Positions 46,283-55,574 of a DNA stretch of 62,355 nucleotides are shown piece by piece. The DNA is from a virus (lineage: Duplodnaviria; Caudoviricetes). The DNA is taken from the IMG/VR virus record IMGVR_UViG_3300035156_000134, positions 1 through 62,355 of that record; one strand, written 5' to 3'. The position numbers and the translations under genes are program-made. The first letter of the stretch is position 1. Each line of letters starts with the position of its first letter. The notes under the pieces were generated by a model that saw only the letters and a program-made list of their open reading frames with translations, was not told the origin of the DNA and did no database searches.

Positions 46283-47122
46283 CTAGGAGGCTGGTGCTTC
46301 CTGGGACCGTTCGGCGTTCACCCGCTCATTGTACTTGGCCTGGCCGAGCTCGCCGATCAGAGCCGCTTTCTCTTTGCGGCTCATCGTGGCGATCTTCTTG
46401 CCACCACCCGACGGTGTCGTCGTTTGGCGGTCACCAGACCCGCTATGGCCTGAGCCGTCGAACAGCCGGGCGAACTTCTCGCTGTTCTTCATTTCAGCCA
46501 CGCGCTGTGCGATCGTCATGCTCCCGCCCTGACTGTCACCAATCCGGGTGTTACCCTTCTCGTCGATCACCTTGGTCTTGGGCGTGAGACTCCCGTCTTC
46601 GCCCTCCTCCAACTCGAATGCGACGCTGGGCAGAACATGCGGCAATAGCAGGTCCACGTCACCCTTGGCGGCGGCGATTTCCTTGACTGCTGCTTCGCGC
46701 TGGAAAGTCGACTTGAGGAGCCCGTCCCGGGCTTCGATCTTCTTTTCCAGCTGTGTCTTTTCAGACGTGTGTCGATCGTTGAGTTGCGTCAACTGTGCGT
46801 TGAGCTTCTCTTCGACCAGCCGGTCGACGTCCTTCTTCGGGTCTAACGTGCCCAGCTCCTTGATCTTGGCAACAGCATCCTTGGCAGCCACTGGGTCGAG
46901 ACCCTCGAATGCCTTGGTGCGGGCCTTTTCGGCGGCGAGTGCAGTCCGTTCGGACGACAACGCGTTCTTGAGGCCGTCGACATTCTCCAGGCCGAAGCCA
47001 TTGAATGCCTCCACGTCGAGGATGAACTTGCCGTCCAATCCCTGCTCGGCCGTCCCGGCCTTGTAGTGACTGCGGAACCCTTCGTCCACTGCGTCCAAGC
47101 TGTCGATCACTGATTTGAGCAT
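46283..47122 (-). CDS. Capsid scaffolding protein
   Basis: LKNALSSER coiled coil, GSG tail; own TGTACA promoter at 47245. Confidence 0.8.
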   Translation of the reverse strand: MLKSVIDSLDAVDEGFRSHYKAGTAEQGLDGKFILDVEAFNGFGLENVDGLKNALSSERTALAAEKARTKAFEGLDPVAAKDAVAKIKELGTLDPKKDVDRLVEEKLNAQLTQLNDRHTSEKTQLEKKIEARDGLLKSTFQREAAVKEIAAAKGDVDLLLPHVLPSVAFELEEGEDGSLTPKTKVIDEKGNTRIGDSQGGSMTIAQRVAEMKNSEKFARLFDGSGHSGSGDRQTTTPSGGGKKIATMSRKEKAALIGELGQAKYNERVNAERSQEAPAS

Positions 47123-47256
47123 TGTCTTCTCCGAGTCCGGATGTCCCATCCGCTTGCGACCAAGTTCCCCTTGGTCTCGGCATTGAGCGTGAGCTTCCTG
47201 ACACACGTTCAATGCGCCAGCCTATACCCTGGAATTGAAGCCTTTGTACACGGGCG

Positions 47257-48315
47257 TCAGAACGCAGCCGGATGCCTCTGGCGCAGTTGCGCTAGCGTGT
47301 AGGTGTGACCGGACTCGTCGACGAAGCGGTCCACGGACAGCTTGCCAGAGCGGAACAGTTGGCCACGGGCGGAGCCGAGGACGTCATCCTGGAAGCCGGC
47401 CGGCTGGCGCTTCAGCCAGGTGCCATAGGTCTCACTGGCCGGCACCTGGCCGTTGAGCGAGGCGCGGGTGCCCGGTGGGGACTCCGCTAGGTTGATGCCC
47501 ATCTCCTTCCAGCTCTTCAGGATGGGGATCATGGTGGACCGGCAGTTCGGATGGCCAGGCGTCCTGGGGCCTGAGTCGAGCGGGTAGACCGTACCATCTC
47601 GGCTGATGCAGATGAGGCTGGTCAGGCTGTCCAGGGTGGCCCGCCACTGCATGCCTTTCAGGACCTGGAAGTTCTGTTCGGCCGACTCCTGACGGGCGGC
47701 GGTCACCGTGTGGTTGATGGCAGTCCGAACCAGGGCCTCAGCAGAACGCTTCGTGACACCCTGGATGATACCGTCTTGCCCACCCAGCTTCGACGTCCCA
47801 CGGATCCGCCGGATGGCCGTGTCCACGGTCTCACCCTCAACCACACTGGTCCGAACGGCCTGCTCGATCCGCTTCCGCTGACTGGAGCTGTAGTCCACGA
47901 CCCACTGCTCGAGGAGACGGCCTTCAAAGGGCCGGGCGGTCACGGCTGCCCAGACTTGAACGGGCGCTGGCGTGACGAGGCTGAGCTCGATCGGCAGGAC
48001 CGACTTGACGGCACCGACCATGAAGCCGCTCTCGTAGGTGGCCAGGTCCCTCAGCTGCGACTGGACCAGGGTCATCATCTCCTGGCTGGCGGCATCGCTG
48101 ATCTTGTTGAGGCTGTGCAGCAGCCCATTCAGCCGGGTGCTCTTCACCGACCCTGAGATGTCGCCAAACTGCTGCCCGAGCTGGCCAGACACGTCGTCGG
48201 TCAGCTTCCGCAGGAAGATCACCAGGTCTTGCAGCTGGTTCTTCTTGTAGCGCTGCAAGAAGATCTCATGCTGAAGCATGAGGTCGAGCAGCTCAGTGTT
48301 GGCGTCGTCCGCCAC
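47257..48315 (-). CDS. Minor head protein (SPP1 gp7/Mu gpF-like)
   Basis: LVRTAINH, W.ATLD..TS.IC..RDG, HPNCRS. Confidence 0.9.
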   Translation of the reverse strand: MADDANTELLDLMLQHEIFLQRYKKNQLQDLVIFLRKLTDDVSGQLGQQFGDISGSVKSTRLNGLLHSLNKISDAASQEMMTLVQSQLRDLATYESGFMVGAVKSVLPIELSLVTPAPVQVWAAVTARPFEGRLLEQWVVDYSSSQRKRIEQAVRTSVVEGETVDTAIRRIRGTSKLGGQDGIIQGVTKRSAEALVRTAINHTVTAARQESAEQNFQVLKGMQWRATLDSLTSLICISRDGTVYPLDSGPRTPGHPNCRSTMIPILKSWKEMGINLAESPPGTRASLNGQVPASETYGTWLKRQPAGFQDDVLGSARGQLFRSGKLSVDRFVDESGHTYTLAQLRQRHPAAF

Positions 48316-49758
48316 TTAGGCAGCCGGTGCAGGCGCACCGGTCCCGGTCGGCGGGATGTCGTCCAGCCCTTCGTCGTCACGCTCTGCCTCGTTCTTGTCG
48401 AAGTCGAAGTCCTCACCGACCAGGCTGTTCTGGCGATAGATCTCCAGGAACTGGCGGCGGCTGAGGTCGCCCAGGCGACGGGCCTCCACGATCAGCTTCA
48501 GGCCGGCCTCGGACAGGACGCGGGTGAAGTCGAGGCTGATGTTGACCTGGCCGGTCTGCTCGAGCTTCGAGGAGTCTCCACCGAGCCAGTCGACGGTGTA
48601 CGCCAGGCCCAGCTCGATGGAGTCCTTCAAGGACAAGGCCCAGAGCTGGAGGACGGTGGTGGCTTCTTGCGCATCGATCATCCGGCCCGAGGCGGACTCG
48701 ACCGTGCCGACCTCTCCGGGCTTATCGAACTGGGCGCCGAACGCTCGCATCTGGTCGACGAGGTCGTTCAACTCCAGGCGAGCGGCCTCGAGGTGGCGGC
48801 CGTTCGACTCAACGAACTTGACGTCGCACTTTTCGCCCTTGATCCCGAAGATCGAGTTCGGCCCGAGGACGATGTCCTTCAGGTCGCCGTCGAAGTTGGT
48901 CACGACCAAGATCGGGAATGAATTCACCTGGAGCGAGCGACGCTGCTCGGACCGGATCTGGAAGTGCTCCAGGTTCATGTCGGCCAGATCGTCCAGCGGG
49001 TTCTCGGCCTGAAAGAAGCCGGTCCGCTGTAGATACAGCGGAACTAGCGTGACCTTGCCGAGGGTGTTCACCCCTTCGGCCACCTGCGTCCACACCATCC
49101 GGGTCGTGCGGGGCACGCGGGTGTGCTCCATGACGCGCCAGCCGTCCGGCGTGACGATCCGGATCTGGCGGACGTAATCGGTCTCGAACTCGTTGATGAC
49201 CTTCTCGACGGTCCGATAGTAGCGCAACTGCGTGATCTCACGGCGGCCGTTGATGACGATCGAGCGGAGGGCAATCAGGTCCATCAGAGGGATCGGCACC
49301 CAGTACGGCGCCGTGTTCCGACGCTGGTCGTCAGCTGCCGTGGCTGCCACGACGGCCTCGCGGTCCACCAGGAACAGGCCGAGGCCGCAGCTGCCGAGGG
49401 CGTTGGCCATCAGGTCCTTGGCGAAGGCCTGGACGTCGGTCCCCTCCTTGTCCACGTCCCAGCAGATCGGCTCGATGACCGGCAGCCCGCCCTCGATCTG
49501 GAAGGGCTTGGCGAAGAGCTTGCCAACGGTGTTCTGGACCGTCCGCTTGAAGTAGTTCCGCAGCCGCGCCGTCTTCAGGCGATAGTCGTAGTCGGGGTCG
49601 AACTCGTGCGGGTTCTTCGGCAGGTAGGTCTCGCCGGATGCCTGCATGGCCTTCGAGCCGCCCATGAGCGTCATCGGCAGACTGGCCTTGACCTGCATGT
49701 CGTAGATCCACGGATCCACCACGGATGGGTCCGGTACTCGGCTCGGGCTAACGGCCAT
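48316..49758 (-). CDS. Portal protein (DUF4055 type)
   Basis: YLPK...E....Y.YRL..A...NYF.RT; PL.DLA.MNL.H. Confidence 0.88.
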   Translation of the reverse strand: MAVSPSRVPDPSVVDPWIYDMQVKASLPMTLMGGSKAMQASGETYLPKNPHEFDPDYDYRLKTARLRNYFKRTVQNTVGKLFAKPFQIEGGLPVIEPICWDVDKEGTDVQAFAKDLMANALGSCGLGLFLVDREAVVAATAADDQRRNTAPYWVPIPLMDLIALRSIVINGRREITQLRYYRTVEKVINEFETDYVRQIRIVTPDGWRVMEHTRVPRTTRMVWTQVAEGVNTLGKVTLVPLYLQRTGFFQAENPLDDLADMNLEHFQIRSEQRRSLQVNSFPILVVTNFDGDLKDIVLGPNSIFGIKGEKCDVKFVESNGRHLEAARLELNDLVDQMRAFGAQFDKPGEVGTVESASGRMIDAQEATTVLQLWALSLKDSIELGLAYTVDWLGGDSSKLEQTGQVNISLDFTRVLSEAGLKLIVEARRLGDLSRRQFLEIYRQNSLVGEDFDFDKNEAERDDEGLDDIPPTGTGAPAPAA

Positions 49759-51178
49759 GACTTGTCTCCATCCCTTCCGCGAACATACCCTTGCGGGAGG
49801 CGCTCTGTACATCTTTGACGGCCAGCTCGGTCACGGCCCAGACCAGCGCATCCATCCGGTCAGCCAGCATCTTACCAGCCTGGGCCGGCGAGTAGCTCAC
49901 CATCTGATCTTCGAGCTCCTTCATCATGCCCACGTGGTGGACCATGTTCCGCTCGTACAACGCCGAAACAGGCTCGGCCCGGGTCAACTTGCCGCGACTG
50001 GCATAGACGGCCTTGTAGTTGTAGAGGCCGTAGTTGTTCAGGCCCGCCGTGGTGCGGAGGGTGTTCTCGACCATGGCGCCGCCGTTGTTCGCCTCGGCGA
50101 TCAGCTTGTCCGCCTTGTGCAGGTGGAACTGCGACATGGCTTTCCGGGCCCACTCGATCGGTGTCCCTTGGATCGACGCGTCCTCGAGAACGTAGACGTG
50201 GCCGTTGGCAGCCAAACCAGCCGTGACGATGCCGGACTCGGCTTCATCCTTCTCCGAGATGGAGGGATCGACGGCGGTGACCACCCGGATCAGCGGCGGC
50301 ACGTCTGGCAGCTGGACTCGGTTACGGTCGATGTCCTTGGCCGACCACAAGGCGCCCATGATGTCAAGCAGCAGCTCGCCCGCGATCTCCTGGCGACCGA
50401 GGCGGGTGCCCTCGTAGTTCGAGACGACGGCATCGAAGAAGGTCGGGGCGAGGTTGGCTCGGTTGTCGTAGGTGGACCCGGACGTGATAAACGTCGTCCG
50501 GGCCTTAGCGATCTTCACCAGAGCAGGTACAGGTTTCGGGGTCGTTGTAATGCAGATCTGAGGCCCAATAGTCCGGGTGCGAACGAGACGCATCCCGAAC
50601 AGCAACATGTCCCAGACCGCCTGTGCATCTGGCCAGGCTGCGAGCTCGTCAACCCACGCAACATGGTGCTGCGGACCACGAAGGCGGTCAGCTTCTTCGG
50701 CGGAGAAGAGTGTGGCAATGCTTCCATCCTTCCAGGTCAACCGCCGCTTCGAGCTCTCGTACTTCGGCATGTTGTTCGGTGGACAGATCGCGAGGATGCC
50801 TGAGTCACCTTCGACCATGATATCGCGGGCGTCACCGGCGGTCGGGCCGACGAGTGCACACCGGATGGGCTTCTTCCGACGCTGCGCATCCTCCACCTCT
50901 TGGCGGATATACTCGGCGCCAGCCCGGGTCTTGCCGAAGCCGCGGCCGGCCAGGATCAACCAGGCGAACCACATCAGCTCCTTGCGGTCTTCGTCCTTCG
51001 GATCCTGGCTGTTGGCCCAGGGGAACATGTCCGGCTTCAGCTGGGCAGGGCGCGCGTTGATCGGCCACATGAACTTCAGCTTGGCCTTGAGCTCAGGCGG
51101 AAGCTTCGAGAGCATCTGCGCCACGAGGTGCGCCTTCTCTGGCCCTGCTGCCTTCAACACCTCCTGCAACGTACGCAT
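49748..51178 (-). CDS. terL: Terminase large subunit
   Basis: AGRGFGKTR, LRGPQ, WVDE, TTTP, VDP, DRMDALVWA. Confidence 0.96.
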   Translation of the reverse strand: MRTLQEVLKAAGPEKAHLVAQMLSKLPPELKAKLKFMWPINARPAQLKPDMFPWANSQDPKDEDRKELMWFAWLILAGRGFGKTRAGAEYIRQEVEDAQRRKKPIRCALVGPTAGDARDIMVEGDSGILAICPPNNMPKYESSKRRLTWKDGSIATLFSAEEADRLRGPQHHVAWVDELAAWPDAQAVWDMLLFGMRLVRTRTIGPQICITTTPKPVPALVKIAKARTTFITSGSTYDNRANLAPTFFDAVVSNYEGTRLGRQEIAGELLLDIMGALWSAKDIDRNRVQLPDVPPLIRVVTAVDPSISEKDEAESGIVTAGLAANGHVYVLEDASIQGTPIEWARKAMSQFHLHKADKLIAEANNGGAMVENTLRTTAGLNNYGLYNYKAVYASRGKLTRAEPVSALYERNMVHHVGMMKELEDQMVSYSPAQAGKMLADRMDALVWAVTELAVKDVQSASRKGMFAEGMETSHGR

Positions 51179-51180
51179 GG

Positions 51181-51432
51181 TTACAGGATCCGGGCAGTGA
51201 CGAGGGCGATGCCGTCGTTCAGCTCACTGCGCTTGGCCACGGTCACCTCGCACGCCTCGCCATTGATCTCGACGGTCTTGCCGACCGACGGGAGCTTGCC
51301 GAGGTAGGCCACCTGGTAAAAGCCAGGCTTGCCATCCTGCCGCTTGAGGCTGGCCTCACCAGCGTAGACCATGCCGAAGTCCACATGGGTCGTGGCGATC
51401 GGCGTGACCTGACCATAGACGATGCGGCTCAT
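51181..51432 (-). CDS. Hypothetical protein
   Basis: Coupled ORF. Confidence 0.6.
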   Translation of the reverse strand: MSRIVYGQVTPIATTHVDFGMVYAGEASLKRQDGKPGFYQVAYLGKLPSVGKTVEINGEACEVTVAKRSELNDGIALVTARIL

Positions 51433-51806
51433 TGGTTTTCAGCCTTGATGATGAGCGTCCGCTGGCGTTTGCGGGGCGGGTTGTTGTCGGTCCAGCCCGT
51501 GAAGAGCAGGGGCAGCTTCTTCTCGGTGTCGAACATCGAGTCATCTCGCTTGGTCTCGTCGATCTCGGACCAGAACCGAAGGACGTTCCCACCTGTCAGA
51601 GTGGTCACGTAGCCAGGATCGGTCTTGATCACCAGACCCATCGTCACAGCCTCGAGGTAGCGCTCGAGCGTGTAGGTGACGAAGCTCTCACCCACCTGAA
51701 GCAGATCATCCTCGCCGTCGCCTCGGCTAAAGGTCTCTTCCCAGTCCAGGATCTCGTGCGGATCCATGGTCTGCGTGAAGGGTTCAGCACTCGCAGGTAC
51801 GGCCAT
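51429..51806 (-). CDS. Hypothetical, probable virion protein
   Basis: MDP.E.LDW pattern, beta-rich. Confidence 0.65.
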   Translation of the reverse strand: MAVPASAEPFTQTMDPHEILDWEETFSRGDGEDDLLQVGESFVTYTLERYLEAVTMGLVIKTDPGYVTTLTGGNVLRFWSEIDETKRDDSMFDTEKKLPLLFTGWTDNNPPRKRQRTLIIKAENQ

Positions 51807-51816
51807 CTGAAACTCC

Positions 51817-53676
51817 CTACCCCATGACTTGCCGCCGACTGCCGTCAGCGGTTAGTTCAATCTTTCTCGTGCCGCTAACCGTGAGGGTTTGGCGACGGCT
51901 GCCGACAGCCTTCATGGTGTGTCGCCGCACCACTGACGGTGGGCTGCTCGGCCGTAGTGACGCGGCGTAGACGCTGTCAGCGTCCTCGACCATGTTGGCC
52001 ACCGCCCGTACCATGACTTTAGCCATACCAGCACAGGTGTCCTCACCCTCGGCCAGGCTGGCCTGGGCGCTGACCCGGGCGATGGAGAGGCCTTGGGCTA
52101 GGTCAGCACCTTCCGTCATCAGGGCCTGCGCAACCACGCGGACCTGGCCAGACCCAGACGAGGTATCAGGCTGATCGAAGATGATCATGGCCGCGTAGGT
52201 GGGCAGGACGCCAGTGGCGACCAAGGTGTCGGCCCCTTCGCTCAGGAAGCCGACCATGCCGATCGTGCTGCCCGAGACGCTCTGCACCAGGTCCGCACCC
52301 TCGACCAAGGTGGCCTGAGCAGCCACGCGAGCCTGGGCCGTAGCGACTACGGTGTCTGGCGCTTCACTCATCAACGCCTGGCCGGTGGCCAGGGCACCGA
52401 CGATGCTCACCAGCGTGTCAGCCCCTTCGGCCAACGTGCCGATCATCACCTTCGGAGCGACGTTCACAGATTGGATCGTGTCCTCGCCCTCGGTCAGTGA
52501 GACCTGCGCCGTGACGCGGAGCGTGCCAGTGCCGGATGCGGTGTCGTCGGCTTCGACCAAGGCCGCGGCTGCTGTGGCTCGGGCTGTCCCGGCGGCCACG
52601 ACCGTGTCGGCGCCTTCGACGAGCAGGGCGCTGAGCTGGACACTGGACGTGACCAGGCCAACTGAGGCGATCGTGTCGGCACCCTCGGTCAGGGACGCCG
52701 TGGCCTGGACTGCGACCTTCGTCGTAGCCTGCGTGGTGTCGGCGCCCTCAGTGAGGGAGGCCGAGGCCTTCGTTGCCACCTTGGCCGTGGCGGTGACGGT
52801 GTCGGCACCTTCGACGATCGCGGCGGTAGCCTGCACACGGCCGGTGCCGACCGAGGCGATGGTGTCGGCCCCCTCGGTCATGCTCGCCGTGGCCTGGACT
52901 CGAAGCACTGCCACAGCCGTGGCTACATCAGCTCCTTCGGCCAAGGTTGCTGTGGCAGTCCGACCCGTAGGAGCGGCGTCCATGATCGAGTAGCCAGTCG
53001 GCGGCGGATAGGCGTGGCCCGCCGCCCCGTGGTTGATCGTGATCGGCCCGCCGCCGGTCGACAGATATGCCGCGAACGCGAACGCCGGCGTCGGGCCGGT
53101 GCGGGGCAGGGTCCAGCCGCCGGTAACGGTGAGTGGATTGCCGTACCACGGCCCGGCGTTGACAGCGACGAAGCACATGCCGGTGGCGATGTCGATCGCC
53201 AGCCGGATGAGGTCGTTCGCTGCCCAGGTCGGGCCGAAGGTGTCGTAGCCGGAGAAGTCGTCGCCGAGCGCTCCGTTTGGATATGACCCGAAGCCGTTGT
53301 TCGACTGGCCGAGGTAGCCCGGATTTAGCGGCCCCTCGGCCTGGTTGATCACGCCAACTGCGATCTGCGTTCCGCCGCCCGTGCTAACCCGCATCTCGGT
53401 GTACCATTTGCCTGACGATTTGAAAGGCGAGGCGGCGACGGCATATCCGCTGCCGGTGAAGGCGATCGTGCGGTCACCGTTCGAGCGGGTGAACGGCGGC
53501 GACGCGGTGAAGGCTGGATCGAACCCGACGGGCGCTGCAGCGCCGGCTCCGGAAACCACAGCTGTCGCGACGCAGACGTCAGCTCCCTCGGCGAGATTGA
53601 CGACGTTGCCAGGCGAGGCAGCTGTGAGCGGATTGCCTGCGACTGGGCCGAAGGCTACTGGGCCACGGCCAGGCAT
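51817..53676 (-). CDS. SPRY-like domain plus tandem ~19-20 aa EGADT repeats; probable virion filament protein
   Basis: SGKWY.E..VGV..D.I..A.D SPRY pattern; more than 15 L.EGADT repeats. Confidence 0.75.
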   Translation of the reverse strand: MPGRGPVAFGPVAGNPLTAASPGNVVNLAEGADVCVATAVVSGAGAAAPVGFDPAFTASPPFTRSNGDRTIAFTGSGYAVAASPFKSSGKWYTEMRVSTGGGTQIAVGVINQAEGPLNPGYLGQSNNGFGSYPNGALGDDFSGYDTFGPTWAANDLIRLAIDIATGMCFVAVNAGPWYGNPLTVTGGWTLPRTGPTPAFAFAAYLSTGGGPITINHGAAGHAYPPPTGYSIMDAAPTGRTATATLAEGADVATAVAVLRVQATASMTEGADTIASVGTGRVQATAAIVEGADTVTATAKVATKASASLTEGADTTQATTKVAVQATASLTEGADTIASVGLVTSSVQLSALLVEGADTVVAAGTARATAAAALVEADDTASGTGTLRVTAQVSLTEGEDTIQSVNVAPKVMIGTLAEGADTLVSIVGALATGQALMSEAPDTVVATAQARVAAQATLVEGADLVQSVSGSTIGMVGFLSEGADTLVATGVLPTYAAMIIFDQPDTSSGSGQVRVVAQALMTEGADLAQGLSIARVSAQASLAEGEDTCAGMAKVMVRAVANMVEDADSVYAASLRPSSPPSVVRRHTMKAVGSRRQTLTVSGTRKIELTADGSRRQVMG

Positions 53677-53679
53677 GAC

Positions 53680-54426
53680 CTAGCGAACCCGCTGGATGGC
53701 GAACGCCGCGGAGTTAATAGGCCCGAAGCTGCCGCCGTTGTCATAGTAGACGAACGCGCGGAGCTGTTGGCCTGCCGTCAGCGGCATGAGGCGGCTGTTG
53801 TACGAGCCACTGCGGTTGGGCGCCGTGACCGACCACTGGAAGCCGGGCGAGTCAGCGTTGATGATATCGATGCCGAGCCCGTGGCTGATGCCAGCACCTG
53901 GGCCACCGCCCTGCGGATCCGCTACCCGAACCTTGAGCTGGCAGTCATAGAGGCCGGTCTGCTGAACCGTATACTCGTTGCGGTTGATCTTGTTCCAACC
54001 ACCGTGCGTGTCGGTCGTGGCCGGCCAAGCGTTGCCGCCATTGGCATTGTCCCACGCTATTGTGGTGAAGGCATTTGCCGTGTTGTAGAACGGGTTGGCG
54101 TCCGAGTTGTTGCGCTCGACCACCAGGACCGGCCAATCCGGCACATGCGCTTTGGATAGGTACGCGACTGAGACAGTGGCACTAGTCGAGACGTTGAGCA
54201 GCGCGCCGGTCGAGCTGGCCGAGAGGCCGCGCGCCAGCGTGCCATTGAAGGTGTACGCGCCGGTGCCAGTTTCCCACGCGGTGCCGTCAATGATCAGATA
54301 CTCGACCTGGGTGACGCCGCTCGTCCAGACCGTGTTGAAGTGCCGATAGCCCGGGACAGCAGCCCCTAGGGTCAAGGCGCCAGTGCCGCCACCCGCCACA
54401 GTTGTCATGACGCGGTCAGCGATCAT
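53680..54426 (-). CDS. Probable virion fibre protein with C1q/TNF-like C-terminus
   Basis: ADRV.TT..GTG.LTLG N-terminus; Y.V..TGLY..L.AG.QL. Confidence 0.6.
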   Translation of the reverse strand: MIADRVMTTVAGGGTGALTLGAAVPGYRHFNTVWTSGVTQVEYLIIDGTAWETGTGAYTFNGTLARGLSASSTGALLNVSTSATVSVAYLSKAHVPDWPVLVVERNNSDANPFYNTANAFTTIAWDNANGGNAWPATTDTHGGWNKINRNEYTVQQTGLYDCQLKVRVADPQGGGPGAGISHGLGIDIINADSPGFQWSVTAPNRSGSYNSRLMPLTAGQQLRAFVYYDNGGSFGPINSAAFAIQRVR

Positions 54427-54710
54427 GCGGAATATCCTTCAGCCCAGGCCGTAAGCCGGTTCCATTGAGCAATCGTCGGAGCCCAGTTCGGGTTGGCTGT
54501 GGCGGTCTCCAACTGTGCTAGCACCGACTGCTCAGCTACGGTGAGGTCGTACTCCCGAGCTTGCTCCATCCACGCTTCAAGCTGCTGGCGGTTCAGAGGC
54601 AGGCTCAGATCCACGCGAAGCGGTGGGCCACCCCGGACCGGATCACCGTCGGCCACGACTGGCGGGTTCGGTGGCCTAGGGTTCCTGGCCTTCTTCGGCG
54701 CCAGGGCCAT
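54423..54710 (-). CDS. Hypothetical protein
   Basis: Coupled ORF. Confidence 0.6.
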   Translation of the reverse strand: MALAPKKARNPRPPNPPVVADGDPVRGGPPLRVDLSLPLNRQQLEAWMEQAREYDLTVAEQSVLAQLETATANPNWAPTIAQWNRLTAWAEGYSA

Positions 54711-54711
54711 C

Positions 54712-55119
54712 TTACGCGTTCGCAGCGGTGATCTGGAACGCCGAGATGGTCACGGCCTGGGCGAGCGCGACGTTGGTGTTGTCCACCGTCATGTCGCCGC
54801 CACCGCCGGTGGCCGTCACAGTCCCCTGCAGGTGGCAGGTCGTGCCGTCGCTCGCGTAGATGCGGAAGTGGCCGATCACGCCGGCGGCGTCCGCCGAGAG
54901 GTCCTCCCAGGTGCCGCTCTTGGCCTTCGTGCCGCCCGAGGCGGCCAGGAGCCAGTCGGCGGGCAGATTGAGCGTGGCGACCGTGGTGCCCGAGTTCGCT
55001 GCCGCGCAGCTGGCAGGAGGCGCACCGGTGAAGAGCTTCATGATGGCCGAGACGCCGATGGCTGTCTCGATGGCGTCCAGCCGAGCGTTTCGGACTGCGA
55101 CGGACTGCTGAAGTGCCAT
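54712..55119 (-). CDS. Probable virion structural protein
   Basis: RNARLDAI..FTG.PPA..FRI..QGTV..GGGGDM; GGGAG RBS; TGTACA promoter at 55173. Confidence 0.75.
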   Translation of the reverse strand: MALQQSVAVRNARLDAIETAIGVSAIMKLFTGAPPASCAAANSGTTVATLNLPADWLLAASGGTKAKSGTWEDLSADAAGVIGHFRIYASDGTTCHLQGTVTATGGGGDMTVDNTNVALAQAVTISAFQITAANA

Positions 55120-55227
55120 GCGTGAGCTCCCTGATAGGTTAGCCCGGCGTCATACCATCAGCAGGCGAGATTTGTACATGGGCTCTGGGCCGCTCCAGAC
55201 ATCGAAGCGGCCCAGGCCATAGGCTGA

Positions 55228-55407
55228 TCAGTCGCAGAGCTCTTTGGCGCGCTTGACCGCGGGGCAAGGTGTCTCCACCGTCCCGTTGTCACCGACCACG
55301 ATCGTGTTGGTCGGTTCACGGATCCGGTCCTCGTTGTCACAGGCGACCAACGCGGCCGAGACTGCCAGGCTGGCACAACCGATCAAGAGCATGCGTGAGA
55401 ACTTCAT
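55228..55407 (-). CDS. Small lipoprotein
   Basis: Signal peptide with LVAC lipobox; GGAGG RBS. Confidence 0.65.
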   Translation of the reverse strand: MKFSRMLLIGCASLAVSAALVACDNEDRIREPTNTIVVGDNGTVETPCPAVKRAKELCD

Positions 55408-55418
55408 AACTTCCTCCT

Positions 55419-55574
55419 TCATTCGTAGACGTAAGGGTGAACCAACTCTTTGGTCTGGCGGTCCAGCTCCTCGAGATGGTTCAGCTTCGCCGTCACCGAG
55501 AGGCTGGCCACCAAGATGACGATGGTCATCAGGTTCGCCAGCAGGATGACGAAGAACAGCTTGACGGCGCTCAT
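55419..55574 (-). CDS. Small membrane protein (51 aa)
   Basis: ATGA-coupled to upstream gene; N-terminal TM. Confidence 0.5.
   Translation of the reverse strand: MSAVKLFFVILLANLMTIVILVASLSVTAKLNHLEELDRQTKELVHPYVYE

Noticed and set aside
52000-52950. CRISPR-like periodic repeats (GTGTCGGCxCCxTC about every 60 nt)
   Set aside because: Degenerate at third codon positions; they encode the EGADT protein repeat. The Cas4-like gene is a common stand-alone phage nuclease
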